A stretch of 64,000 bases of DNA, from NCBI RefSeq assembly GCF_009914755.1, contig NC_060927.1; one strand, written 5' to 3'. Positions 1 through 18,971 of this stretch are shown here, one piece after another. The position numbers were made by a program, and so were the translations under genes. This stretch comes from the human T2T-CHM13v2.0 reference genome, Homo sapiens. Numbering within the stretch: position 1 is the stretch's first letter; every line of letters begins with the position of its first letter. Below the pieces are notes generated by a model. That model was not told the DNA's origin. It was given only the letters and a program-made list of their open reading frames with translations, and did no database searches.

Positions 1-250
1 CACAAATGATAAGAAGGCAAAACAGGCTTATTGCTAATATGGAGAAAATTTAAGTGGTCTGGATAAAAAAAATGAAACCAGCCACAACATTCTCTTAAGC
101 CAAAGTCTAATCCAGAGCAAGGAGACTCTGATGTACTATTCAGTATGTCAATTGCATTTTCCTACTCCAGAATTTCTATGAAGGCTGAGAGGGGTGAGGA
201 AGCTGCAAGGAAAAAAAAAAAAAAACTGATTCATGAGTTTTAAGAAAACT
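1..250 (+). mobile_element. Tigger1 transposase fragment
   Basis: Matches recalled Tigger1/TIGD1 sequence (cttattgct.atatggagaaa, ccagccacaacatt..cttaagccaaag, ctatgaaggctgagag). Confidence 0.8.
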
Positions 251-254
251 CTGT

Positions 255-706
<452 letters not shown>

Positions 707-1446
707 TTAGACATAAGTAAAACTAAAAATTGCCAAGCAGGACATGTCATCATAGGTCTGAATTCACCATTGGCATATAAGTTTCTGATGGAATTTAAAT
801 AAATTCAGATGGTTAATTGTACTCACTAGGACTTGCTAGCTGGTGAAAGATTAAAGAACAAATATGTATACTAACAGTTGGAATGATCTGCAAGTTACAT
901 CATAACTTCCAAATGTCTTGACAACAAAAGGTTTATGACTAGAGTATTGAGGAGGGGTCAGGCAGAATGAGAATAGCCTTAGGGGCCACCCCATGCAATA
1001 GGAAGCAGCAGTGCAGAAAAAGAGAGAAAAAACATAAAAGCAAACAAGTTAGAAGGAGAGAAAAACTGCCCTTAGAGGTCAAGGGAGAAGAGAAATTGAA
1101 GAAGGAGTTGATTAACAGTGACAAATGCTGTAAACAAGTTAAAGAGGATGAAGACTGACAAAACCAACTGGACTTTGCAAAGAGGTTTACAATGACGTTA
1201 GAAAACATGGTTTCAGCAGACTGCTGCTGCTGAGCACACACCATAAAAGTTTCCCACAGAGCAGATCATGGAGATGATGACTGCTATAAACCTGGCATGA
1301 CAAAGGAGAAAGGCAGGCTCCACCGTAGACAGAAAGATGGAGGGACCAATGCATGCTCTAAGTCTCACTCATATTTCAGGCTTTATCCATGCTTTGAAAA
1401 ACATTCTCACAGCAATGAGAAGCTTCAAAGCTATCAGCCACCTTAC

Positions 1447-1568
1447 CTGGGAAAGGCACAAAGGCATGTCGCATGCTAATTGAAAATGGCATTCCTCTGT
1501 CTGCAGCTCTCTCCTCCATCTGTGCCTGGCATCTAGGATTCACGCTGAAACCCTTCTTATATTTTCCT
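1447..1568 (-). CDS. POLQ: POLQ exon ~24 (122 nt): RGKYKKGFSVNPRCQAQMEERAADRGMPFSISMRHAFVPFP (insert 2, just before catalytic motif A)
   Basis: ccacag|A...CCA G|gtaagg. Confidence 0.96.
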
Positions 1569-1687
1569 CTGTGGTGCAAACAACATCATCAGTTAGACAT
1601 GAAGCAGTCTCAAATATATGAAAGAGGTCTGATTTTCAGTAACATCAGTATTTCCGTCTAAGAAACTTAATAAAAACCTTACTGAGG

Positions 1688-2008
<321 letters not shown>

Positions 2009-2232
2009 TTAAAGCTTAACAAAGATACTAGAACTTTTTTTAGCAAACATTGAATTAAACATGAATTAGCTTCTTTATAGATGGGACTCAGGATTCAAAA
2101 CGGTCTAGGACAGAAATGGGTATGTCTGAAACATAAAATTAAATTAATTTCATTTATTTGTCTAATAAGCTATTTTGAGCCATTCATACTTACAAAAGTT
2201 TATTAATACAGATACAGAGAAACAGCACCTAC

Positions 2233-2359
2233 CTGCCCATGGGAAGTAGGCCTTTGCCTACAGCTTGAGAAGGTGGGCTTTCTCCTACTAGTGTTGGCAT
2301 TTTGATTTCAAAATCTCTTGGCACATTCTGAATATTTGGTTCTGTAAAGGTTATTCGTC
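2233..2359 (-). CDS. POLQ: POLQ exon ~23 (127 nt): GRITFTEPNIQNVPRDFEIKMPTLVGESPPSQAVGKGLLPMG
   Basis: ttttag|GA...GGC AG|gtaggt; PolA TGR...PNxQNxP motif. Confidence 0.96.
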
Positions 2360-2918
2360 CTAAAATCAAGCAGAATAAAGACATAAAATCAGGAAAAAAA
2401 ATCTAGTATTTGTCTTAACAGTATTCACATTTCTGGATTATCTTAAAAATGCAGACTATCAATGCTGAACTGAAATACATTTATATTTAAATATTTTTCA
2501 TCATGTTCATGTGTCTAACAATGATAAAATAAGTACAAGACCATCCCAAATAAATGAATGTATGAATTGGCTACACTACTATGTTTTACACAGAAAACCA
2601 TCGCACAATGAGAAGTAATTTGATAAACTGAACTAGTCTTATGCTAAAATGAGTATCAGATTTCAGCACTATAACATGTTAGCGGTCATATTAATGAGTA
2701 AAGGCTAATCAAATGGATCTTAGGAGAAACAACCACTGACGCTTCTAAAAACAACACTTTCAGACATCATCTGGCTGTTTTTCTTCATCATTGTCATTCA
2801 TCAAGAGAATCTACAACAGTACTTACTAGAAGTACTGAATCAGGTGAGACTTGAATCAGGTGGTTAATAGTAAATTTTCCAGTGAACAGAAAGCTGTTTT
2901 TTAAAAAAATGCTTATAA

Positions 2919-3133
2919 GCCTGGCCAACATAGTGAAACCCCGTCTCCACTAAAAACACAAAAAATTAGCTGGGCATGATGGCGGGTGCCTGCAATCCTC
3001 AGCTACTTAGGAGGCTGTGGCAGGAGAATTGCTTGAACCTGGGAGGCGGAGGTTGCACTGAGCCGAGATCATGCCACTGTACTCCAGCCTGGGCAACAGA
3101 GTGAGACTGTCTCAAAAAAAAAAAAAAAAAAAA
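2919..3133 (+). mobile_element. 5'-truncated AluS
   Basis: Starts at gcctggccaac; TSD aaaaaaatgcttataa. Confidence 0.88.
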
Positions 3134-3847
3134 TGCTTATAAAGCCTTTATTTCCAAATATATTTTACATCTTTTGTTTACTTATTGGTTGAATTTCTCT
3201 AAAACGTGAAAACATGTTAAGTATCACTCCAAAAAAGTTTGAGTAATTTTGTTACTGTGATTTTTTATAACACTATCAGCAACACTAAAACTCTATTTTA
3301 TGACACACTCTTCATTGTAACAGGCTGTCTACTAGCTATGTATAACTCCATTATCTTCTGATAAATCAGACCTTTTAAGTGACTTGGACGTTGTTTTTTT
3401 GAATGATCCCCTAATATTATGTCTTTGTCATTTAGCTTTTAGCACAAAATAAGTGCTCAGTTAATGATAACCTTTAACATAATTGTTGACATTAAATGGC
3501 CTGTTCAGTGTTACAAAGCTAACAAACAGCAGAGGAAGGCATCCAAGGCTCTTTTTACATCAACACATTGTCTTCTTTTCTATAACACTTAATATTCAGC
3601 ACACTACTCTGGTCTATTAGTTGAATTAATGAAGCAACACTGGCAGACCAAAAAAAATGGTAAAAATAAATTACAAAGAATGAATATATAGCTTAATGGA
3701 TATGAAGTATATTCATGAAATGGCTTTGCTATGCTTAAGTTTGTATTTCTAAATATTATAAGCATTATAAAATATTATTAAAATACATTTCTAAAATCAC
3801 TAATAAGTAAAATCAGTAATAAAATCAAAAGAAATGTTGCACATTTA

Positions 3848-4219
<372 letters not shown>

Positions 4220-4419
4220 CTAGGTTGATGTTGTCTTTTCATCACGGAGGATTTTATTTTACGTAAGTTTATATCATTAGCATATGTTTCAAAGTGAAAT
4301 TTAAATACCAACAGGACAAGATATCACTAGGATGGGACAAGTTTAGAATGTTTAGAACAAGGGATAAAGCAAGCAGAGAAAAGCAGCACCTCATGGAGCC
4401 TCCGTGCTGGGTAACAGCA

Positions 4420-5010
<591 letters not shown>

Positions 5011-5375
5011 TATGAATGAGTTAAAGCTACCTTTTCTTCCACTACACATCACATTTAGCAAATATTTAGAGTTTTGTACTGCCTAGAGAAAGAATACATT
5101 TTTCTTCATAAGATTACACTCTTACTTATCTCAGGAGGACCATGAGATAACCAAAGGACTCTACAGCTTTCTTTTCTGCTTGGGTAAAATAAGACACTTA
5201 CTTATACGGATGCCCCAGAGGCCTACTCAGATTCAACTTGGAGAAATCTTAAGAGGCTCAAAAAAGGGCTGGGACTGAAATTAGATAAGACCACTGACTC
5301 AAATATTTAATTCCTGTGTATACTCACATTGAAAGTACTGTCTCAGACATCCCAGTTACTCTATACAAGTTCTTA

Positions 5376-5789
<414 letters not shown>

Positions 5790-5918
5790 TTATAGTTGTA
5801 AAACTTCACCGAACCCCTTGATCAACACTTGAATTCTTGGCCATCATAAAAAATATTACATATGAAAATGCTTTTCCTTCAAAATTGGATATTGTTTATA
5901 CTTAAGATTTCTCATCAC

Positions 5919-6093
5919 CTGTAGCAGTGTGCGACTGTGATACAGGATAGATTCTTTCCATTCCAAGAAAAGGATTAAGACACTTTTCCCGCTGAAGGGG
6001 AAAGACCACTTTGGTAATAGCATTAGTGATTCTTCTCCATTCTAATATCAAGCCTGGTAAAGGATGTAATGCCTTTAATTTATTTAAAACGTC
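5919..6093 (-). CDS. POLQ: POLQ exon ~22 (175 nt): DVLNKLKALHPLPGLILEWRRITNAITKVVFPL...SQSHTAT
   Basis: ggcag|GAC...ACA G|gtgatg; PolA-like HPL..LILEWR. Confidence 0.96.
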
Positions 6094-6869
6094 CTGCCAA
6101 AAAAATATAAGGTAAGATTGAATTCTTGTCCAAATTCCACAGCAAGCTAGAATCTCTTTTCTGTAAATAATACAGTCTCAAAATTAAATTTGAGAGTAAT
6201 ATCGACAACTCAAAACTATTACTTGGAGTTTTTTAAACCACCGTATTGATAAAACTATAACTACAGTTTACAAAATGGAAATGTGGTAATACTGAGCAGT
6301 ATCAATTTAAAACTACCTTTTTCAAAAAAATAAATGAATTGTCAGTTTAACAAAGTAACTGCCTCCCCACACCCGACCAAAAGTTTATTTTACACCATCT
6401 GTTTTCTTTATGCATTTTCCTCCTTCGCTCCTCACATGACTGGAAGTATCCCAGTTGTTTTTGTGCTTGCCCGGATACTTATACGGTTTCCATATCAAGG
6501 TAATCAGGAGACATTTATTTTTAAAACTTTGAATTTTTCATACTATAGACTTTCAGTGAACTATTAAGGAACAGAAACTTGTGAGTAAAAGGGCCAGTGA
6601 GATTAAATTAAAAATTGTGCTATAGCCTGGAGCTAAGGAAACTTCCTAGGAGCAGACAAATCATAGATAACGGTATAAGGACCACAATTCTACACAAGGG
6701 CAACTTGGACAGCTCTGTGGCTATATTTTCTACCCTATTTTTCCCCTGAAACATCTGTAAAAATGTAAAATTAAGCCCCTTCTCTCTTCCCTCCCACTAA
6801 TGTGTACAGTTTCCATGGATTATGATTAACAATTGTACTTTGAAATTAGCAGATTAAATTCTTAAATCA

Positions 6870-7957
<1,088 letters not shown>

Positions 7958-8709
7958 AGCTTTTAAGCAGTCAGGAACACAGGCACGTATATACACTGTG
8001 CTGAGCAACTGGCAAACAAGTTATTGACATTGAGACTTATTGCTCTAAGAATTGTGAGCTCTCCTAAATGAGGCTGCTCAATCAGTTAAGCCCCATAGAT
8101 CAACATGGAAGCTTACATGGCTATTGTCTCATTACAAAAATCAGAAAACACTAAAGTAGGAAGGGGTTTGAAAAGTCATCTAGTCCCACCACCACAATGC
8201 TGGGCCCTGATAGTCCCTAGGCACAAAAAGTTAGGAGAAGGTGGCCAATACAATGTGGCAATAATGAATGCTAGAGAGGGCCGGTAGCACCCACTGAAGA
8301 CACCAGAACTGTGCTGTGTGGGAGGTGGAAGACCCCATGTAACACTCACAAGCTCAGATGAGAGGGGATGAAACTAGGGCAATTCAGAACATTATCTACT
8401 ATACCTAATCATTCACTTATATACTTTGAGTGGGTTTTAATGAACCTTGGATTATTTTCCCAGTAATAATTCTAAAAATTGAAACTATTTGTGTAAGTAC
8501 AAGAATTTTTCCCACAAGTTGAGCCAGGGGTGGAAGGGAAGATAATCCCTGTACTTCTCTAGAATGGTAATGATGACAGAAACAATGATCTGGTTCCAGT
8601 TTGAACTGGGGTTTTAGGAATGAAAGGTACTGAGGCTTACTACAGATGTCAGTAACTATTTAGCCCAAGAACTATGTTACACAGATATGAACATATGCAT
8701 GTATAGGGA

Positions 8710-9374
8710 TTAGGGTTGCCACATATACCAAATAAAATTACAAAATGCCCAGTTAAATTTGAGTTGCATGGGGCATACTTATACTAAATTGTTATCCATT
8801 GTTTACCTGATTTTATTGACAAATTATAGTTGTTTACATTCATGGGGTACAAGATGATGTTTTGATGTAAGTATGCAATGTGGTGTGATTAAATTAAGCT
8901 GATTAACATATTGATCACCACACTTAGACTTATCATTTTTTATGGTAAGACATTTGAAATTTACTCTTAGTTACTTTGAAATATATAATACGTTACTATT
9001 GACTGTAGTCACCCTTGTGTACAATAAATATTAGAATCGATTCCTCCTGTTTATCTGAAACTTTGTACCCTTTGATAAACAACTCCCCATTCCCCTATCT
9101 AAAACTTTATACCCTTTGACTAGCAACTCCCCATTTCCCCGCTCCCTACTCCCCCAGCCTCTGGTAACAGCTGTTCCACTTTCCACTTCGAGGAGTTCAA
9201 CTTCATTGGATTCCACATATAGTGAGATCATCTGAAACATATGGTACTTATCTTTCTGTAACTGGCTTATTTCACTTAGCATAACGTCTTTCAGGTTCCT
9301 CCATGTTTTCAAAAATGACAGGATGAAATACAAATTTCAAACTGGATGTGCCATATTTTATCAGGCAACCCTAA
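8710..9374. mobile_element. MER53-type hAT MITE split by a minus-strand L1MA 3' fragment (~8810-9325)
   Basis: Inverted termini ttagggttgcc...ggcaaccctaa; L1 3' sequence ggcttatttcacttagcataa. Confidence 0.75.
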
Positions 9375-10386
9375 TATAGGTATCAAAGGGTACATGAATG
9401 GCAGTATAGCAGAAAAAAAACCAAGCAACTGGATAGGAAAAATAAAACACTATTAAAGTAATAATAAAGCAGCAAACCCAGGAAGAGAGACCCATTATGA
9501 TTAAAGACAACACAAATATCTCAAGTTATATATTTAGAAGTTCTTTAGCTTAAGCATTTTTTTGGGGGGGTGAAGCTTTCAGAATTAACTGTGAAACTTC
9601 ACATACAAACTACCTTCCAGGTAACTGCCATTTTGACATGCAGGACGAAGAAGCCAATACTATCAAAGGCCCTTTACTCTTAGTCCAGGATTTGCTCAAG
9701 GCCTGTAGCTTACATGCTTTCAGGCCCATCTGAATCACAAGGGCAGCAATTCTTGCCTTTGCCCCAAACCTACTTGTGCTGAAACAGAGATTCTATATTT
9801 TCTATAAGTTCCCTATGTAATTTTATGTGCAGTCAGCTAGGTATTGGCTTGGGGATTTGAAAAGCAGATACCAAAAAGAAAAAAAAAAGGCACCACTGAA
9901 TTCAACACATGAATAAGAGAAACCAAGTTCCTCATTTTCTTTTAAATATGTTAACGAAGGAACAGAAAATCAAATACTGCATGTTCTCACTTATAAGTGG
10001 AAGCTAAATGATGAGAATTCATGAGCAAAAAATCCCTTTTTCATTTAATTCAGAAAAATATCCAGTTTCCTATTCTATAGAAAGATGTTAGGGCAAGCAA
10101 GGAAGGGGTAAGGGCTCATGAAATGACCAACTTCCTGGAAAAATAGCTATGCTGTCATGCAACCACCAGTACCAATCATTTCTTCAACAAATACTTAGTG
10201 AGTCCCTCCTCCGTTCCAGGCAAATCTCCTTCTCAAGGAGCTTACATTCTAGAAGTCCTCTTTATTACCTTCCTTTATTTGTAAATTAAATACAGATATA
10301 ATTTACAAATTAGATGCTAGAATATTCCCAAAGCAATCTGGTTAACTGGCTGTTTCATTTTACTGACCTTTGGTGTTCAGGTAAAT

Positions 10387-10413
10387 ACACACACACACAC
10401 ACACACACACACA
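10387..10413. repeat. (CA)n microsatellite
   Basis: Seen directly. Confidence 0.95.
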
Positions 10414-10466
10414 ATCATTTTAACTCTAAAAATTATGTATCTATATCCCTAGCCCCATGATACAAC

Positions 10467-10660
10467 CTCAGCGATGTCATCTGAACTGGTGAAAGAAAAA
10501 CTGTGGCCAGCTAGTTGATAGGCCTGGGTCTCAATTGCATCCAGCTTGGCTTGCATTATATGTTTCTGACTTTCACATTCTGCAGTACTAAAGCCAATTC
10601 CATTTAGTTCTAGCAAGGCCAAGCAGTACTGAGAGGGCATTTCCACCTTACGGAAAACAT
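10467..10660 (-). CDS. POLQ: POLQ exon ~20 (194 nt): DVFRKVEMPSQYCLALLELNGIGFS...FSFTSSDDIAE
   Basis: ttccag|AT...GAG|gttgta; PolA-type EMP..LA..E..GI motif. Confidence 0.96.
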
Positions 10661-10969
10661 CTGGAAGAAAAAAGAAAATTAAAACGTTAATTCATTGGCT
10701 AAGTGGCTAGATCAGCAGCCTTACCTAAACTATACAGAATTCATCTAGGAAAATCCAGAAATGCTACCAAGGTATCCTTCAGGAGCCAGTCTCCCGAGCA
10801 GCATCCTCAAGCCAACAATGAAAGGTGGAAAAGTACAGGCTAGTTTAGCACTGGACAACTATCCTTGTCTCTGCAGAGAGTAGAAGAGTCGGCAATCTTG
10901 TGACTAGTCTGGATTACAAGAGACTGTATTTCTCCTAAGATGTTTCTGCTTCTACTCTTAGCAGCAGCA

Positions 10970-11460
10970 TAACAATCAACCTTATTTTGAAATCCAAAAT
11001 GCTCCAAAATCTGAAACTTTCTGAGCACTGACATGACACCACAATTAGGACACTCCATACCTGACTTTACGTGACAGGGCACAGTCAAAACACAGGTGTA
11101 CAACACAAAGTTTATTCAGCGTCTCTAAAGGAAAAAAGCCCCTCCTTGCCCCATTCAGCTTCAATATATCTTTTCCGCCAGATAACCACAGACTGCCTAC
11201 ATGAGTGACTGAGACAGTGATACCTTTGCTTTCTGATGGTTCAGTGTACACAAATTTTATTTTGTGCACAAAAGTATTAAATAATTGTATAAAATTATCT
11301 TTAGGCTATGTCTATAGGTATATATGAATTCTACATTTAGACTTGGGTCTCATCCCCAAGATATCTCATTATATATATGCAAATATTCCAAAATCCAAAA
11401 AAATCTGAAACGTAAAACACTTCTGGTCCCACATTTTGGATAAGGCAGACTTAACTTATA
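10970..11460. mobile_element. Tigger4/MER46-type MITE
   Basis: aaatccaaaatgctccaaaatctgaaacttt...aaacacttctggtccca. Confidence 0.75.
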
Positions 11461-11949
11461 TATTAAAGGCCCTGAGAGGACCTGAAGCAAAGACAACTAT
11501 TTAATTTTATTTTAAGTGAAAGTCCCAAACTTATTTGACCATTAAACCCTTTTTTCATATAATACTTATTAACATCTTGAAAAGTAAGCATCCATGGAAT
11601 GTACTATAGGAAATGCTGTCCTAAATCATTAAGAAAGAATCCCTAAGACTTCAGCTTCCAGTATTGAGTCACTAGGAATCTAAGCAACCCTGGCCCACCT
11701 TCCCCAGCTCCACACAAACATTATTTGAGGCACTGCTGGTCTCAATCAGCATGAGAAATCTCCAGGGACACCCGTAACCACCACGAAAAGCAAAGAAACA
11801 AATGAGAGTTACTGGCCTCTAACTACATGCAGAAGGTACGAGACCGTCAGAGCCTGGCTTTAGAAGCCTGGAACTAGTGGAGAAATTCACGTTACTTGAG
11901 ACTAGAGAAATAATGAACTTGGGTCAGAACAGGAACAATCAGAGAAGCA

Positions 11950-14290
<2,341 letters not shown>

Positions 14291-15184
14291 ATATTCAAAC
14301 TAAATCTGATAGCTGTCTACATTCTCTCCAAAAACTTCCCTTATCTCAGTGCACTTCAATTCTTGAATTCTATGAATAAGAAAGCATTAACACTGTAAAA
14401 AATGCATTTAATACCTCCTAACCACCCTTTTTTTTTTGAGATGGGGTCTCACTATGTGGTCCAGGCTGGTCTCAAACTTCTGGGCTCCAGTGATCCTCCC
14501 ACCTTAGACTCCTGAGTAGCTGAGACTACAGGCAGGAACCACTGAGCCAGCCTAGCCACACATTTTTGAAAGTGCAGAAAAAAAAAGGAGCTTTCAAAAG
14601 CACATTGAAATTGTGAAAGTTAAAAATTATAATAATCAACTAACATAATAAGCACCTGCTCTGTGACAAACACTGCCCATATTCACTATCTTATTTAATC
14701 CTTAGAACAACTTTATAAGAACCAGACTTACAGTTTCAGTAGTTTGCCCAAAGTCCCTCAGCTCATAAGTGGATAACCCAGATCCAAACCCTAGTCTGTA
14801 TGAATTCATCCATCTATTTTCTAGTACCTATTGATTAGTCAATAAATTCGGTCACTCCTCACAATGAAGCCAAATTTGTTCTACTTCACATCTCTACCAT
14901 AAGCATCCGTTAAGCTCTCTGTAGTCAGGGTGCTTGATCTGGGCCAGCAGATAACAATGACAATAAATTCATGTTATTTGTCATGAGGGAAAAAAGAGAC
15001 TCTCATGATTATCCCTTGCTGTGAAAAAACATCTGTTTGTTAATAGTTCCAAAAAGAAAAGAGTTAACTTTTTGAAATCCATTAAGGATGTCTTCTAAGG
15101 GTGAATAAAAATCCTTTGATAAAGTTCAAATACAAAATTACCAACAACTGCATAAATGCGATTTTGTAATTCTCTTCTTCACAC

Positions 15185-15395
15185 AAGGGCCAGAAGTCAG
15201 CAAATTATGGCCAAACTAACATTAGATGCATGTTTTTGTAAAGTGTTATTGGAAGACAGCCATTTGTTTTGGTCTTGTCTACAGCTGCTCTTTTGCTACA
15301 ATGGCAGAGTTGAGTATTTGTGATAGAGATTGTTTAGTTTACAAAGCCAAAAATATTTACTCTCTGGCCTTTTACAGAAAAAAAGCACTAGACAA
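15185..15395. mobile_element. MER58A-like hAT MITE
   Basis: aaagccaaaaatatttactctctggccttttacagaaaaa. Confidence 0.7.
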
Positions 15396-15504
15396 TCCAA
15401 AGGTAGGATTTGCATAAATGTGTAATTTACCCATTTTTGATAAAGAGTGGCTAAATCTCTATCTCTAATCTATAACATAAAAATGCCAGAAACTTGGTTT
15501 TTAC

Positions 15505-15745
15505 CTTGAAGGTTTTCCTTCTGCAACAAAGAGTTGAGCTGATTCATAGAGTTGAAGATGAGAATGGACTCCACAGATGCTCTGTATCGCCCAGAATGCT
15601 CACTGCCAGCATTTAGCCCCAGGCTTTGAATCCCTTGGCTGGTCTCCATCCCTTCTAGGAGTGGAAGCTCATGAGGAAGAAAACTGGTAACTATGCTATG
15701 AAGAGTCGGCTCCTGAGAATCTGGATCTAGTAACCAGCATGCCAC
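15505..15745 (-). CDS. POLQ: POLQ exon ~19 (241 nt): VACWLLDPDSQEPTLHSIV...LQKENLQ
   Basis: ttcag|GTG...CAA G|gtaaaa; exonuclease-like domain (DPKVACWLLDP). Confidence 0.96.
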
Positions 15746-16290
15746 CTGAATGGGATAGCAATGAGAATATTTTCCTGATTTTTTTCAAAGACACTTATGT
15801 ACCTCTAAATGAAAAGGGAAAAAAACAAAGCTCATTTCTAACCTCACTCATTTTCATTTAATATTTATTCAGTGGTCTTCCCAGGAAAGAAGGAAAGAAT
15901 AATTGTAACAGGACTCATTTTTGGTAGCAACAACAGCAGTAGCTTTCAAAGAAAGGAAAGTTGTAACTATTCCATTCCTACAATGCTCAGGCCGATCCAG
16001 TTTAGCAGTAGGCTTGAAAAACAAGTGTGTCTCAGCAAACTCAAACCATGTGTCTGAAAATGAAGATGGACTCCTCCACTAAGGCTAATTTGGGCTAAGC
16101 TACTGTAATAAAGATGGGCCTGTGAGGTTTTAGGTATATTTAGTTCTTTCATCATCAAAAGAAGTGAGGCGCCGGGCGCAGTGGCTGACACCTGTAATCC
16201 CAGCACTTTGGGAGACTGAGGCGGGTTGATCACCTGAGGTCAGAAGTTCAAGACTAGCCTGGTCAACATGGTGAAACCCTGTCTCTACTA

Positions 16291-16512
<222 letters not shown>

Positions 16513-17316
16513 TCAGAAAGCCTCTACACTTTCCCCTCAGAATGGGGGGGTCTGTCACCAGAATCATCCAATTATTCATTTGATTGCTATTTCCAACTTC
16601 CTCATAAGACTAGGAGTCCTGTAGTTTCTAATACTAGATCAGGCAGATCATTAACTGGATTAGAATAAGGGAATCTAAGCCCTGTTCATAATTCTGACAA
16701 TTACTTTACTATATGACTCAATTCTTTCTTTTGTAGGTTAAGAATAAAGTTTTATAGGGGAATATTGAGTGAAATAGTCTGATGTAAAAGTTAACATGTT
16801 TCTTAACTGAGTCATCATTACGAAGAGTGCATCATACTTTGCTATTATAAAGGAAAGTTCTCAGGAGCCAGTAAGGGGATTTGCCTCTATGCTAAATGGC
16901 CACTAACTACAATCCTTTTTGTCATCTTATTCACACTCTTTTCCAATTTTCTGCCTCCACCCTCATGAATATTTAAGACCTCCTGCTATCATACACCTAA
17001 ATCTGTTCTCATTTCACTTCCAATTTACTATCAGACAGAAAACTTAGGACTTATGACCCAAATTAAAATTTTTTAAAAATCTCTGAGGAAAGACATAAAC
17101 TTTAGGGCTCCAAATTTGTGACATCTCTGTTTTTATCTACACAGAGATATTTGGTGCATGATATTCTATTCTGGGTAGATGAGATTATTGAATAAAGAAG
17201 TGACTACTCTAAAATACTTAAGCTGCATTATTGATGCTAAGTAAATACCAAGTCATTTAAGAATTAACACTAAAAATGTTGTTTTAAGTATATAAAAATT
17301 AAATTAGACATAGAAC

Positions 17317-17513
17317 CTTAGGATCTTCATAACTTTGCTCCAAGGAGATGCCACAAGAAAGAAGAAGAATTTTATAGCTCTGGATGAAGTCATAGATGAC
17401 AACAGAACATTCTTTATCAGATTCCTTTCGCAAGCAAGATTGAAGGTACCACATCCTGTCTTTCAAAGTCAGGCTTGGATCTAAAGAAGGTGGAACCAAA
17501 CTGGCACTAATTT
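17317..17513 (-). CDS. POLQ: POLQ exon ~18 (197 nt): EISASLVPPSLDPSLTLKDRMWYLQSCL...SYEDPK
   Basis: poly-T-aaag|AA...AAG|gttcta. Confidence 0.95.
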
Positions 17514-17892
17514 CTTTAAAAAAAAAAAAAAAAAGGAAAAAACATTTTTAAGGCAAAAATTACATGCATTCATTTGAAGCAGCAATCTTTAGTAGAAAGA
17601 CTGAAAAAGACTCAGAAGGCTAAGGGTCTGGTTCCATGTGACGAGTAATTCAGCATCTTATCCAGGTCATATCAGCTATGTAGATGAAGTGCATCATATA
17701 TCTAAAAATTATGACTTGGGCTAGAAGATTTTTAATGCTCTACTTAATTAGGTGGGAGAAAATATTAAATATTAATACTTGTAAAAACAAAATTACATTT
17801 CCCAAAATGAGGAGTTAAAGACAGGAAAAGTATTTGGAAATAAATTTTAAAGAGAGATTTAGTATGAACAGATACTATTCTATCCAAAATAA

Positions 17893-18148
17893 AAAAAAAG
17901 CTTAAGTAACTACTCACCCCAACATATTTTCCTGCAAAACAACTGAAAATATTTCATGCTTACTAAGGAACAGACACTATACAGCATCCTTTAAAATGTT
18001 TCCTTATTAATTTTGCTCCTAAAAAAAGCTTAAGTAACTACTCACCCCAACATATTTTCCTGCAAAACAACTGAAAATATTTCATGCTTACTAAGGAACA
18101 GACACTATACAGCATCCTTTAAAATGTTTCCTTATTAATTTTGCTCCT
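17893..18148. repeat. Perfect 128-bp tandem duplication (17893-18020 / 18021-18148)
   Basis: Base-by-base comparison shows no mismatch. Confidence 0.97.
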
Positions 18149-18542
18149 GTCCAAAACCAGCCTATCAGCTGGGGTATCCAACATCCACATTCAGATCACA
18201 GGGTATTTCCAGATTACATCCTTTCCACTCTAAAGACTTCTCCAAAGTTTATATAATTCGACTACTATAGATCTCTAGCTCAACATTCCCTCTAGATGAG
18301 TTTCAGACCCATTCAATGGTAGGACAGAAGACTGAAAATAAACTGCCATCGTTTAGTCTTCAAAAGCAAACCCTAAAGGTGGCAAGAGAGTCCCTGAGTC
18401 TTCACTGCCCCCTCAGAGGAAAAACCCATAGCATGAATAGCCTCGTGTGACAGGCAGGGAGAAGTAAGGAAGTGCTTCTTAAAACATTAATTCTAGTTAA
18501 TATATGCAATAATGTACATGCCAGCTGCTCTCCAAAAAATTA

Positions 18543-18852
<310 letters not shown>

Positions 18853-18971
18853 TTAACTCTAAAAATAAATCCTAGGTAAATATCAGGAAATTATTCTCAA
18901 AATATAAGATCACTACCCTAATGGATGTTACAGTAATTACATAGTGACTTAGCCAAATACTCATTACTTAC

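Noticed and set aside
17893-18148. Direct repeats as a CRISPR-like array
   Set aside because: Only two abutting copies with no spacers, in a eukaryotic intron.
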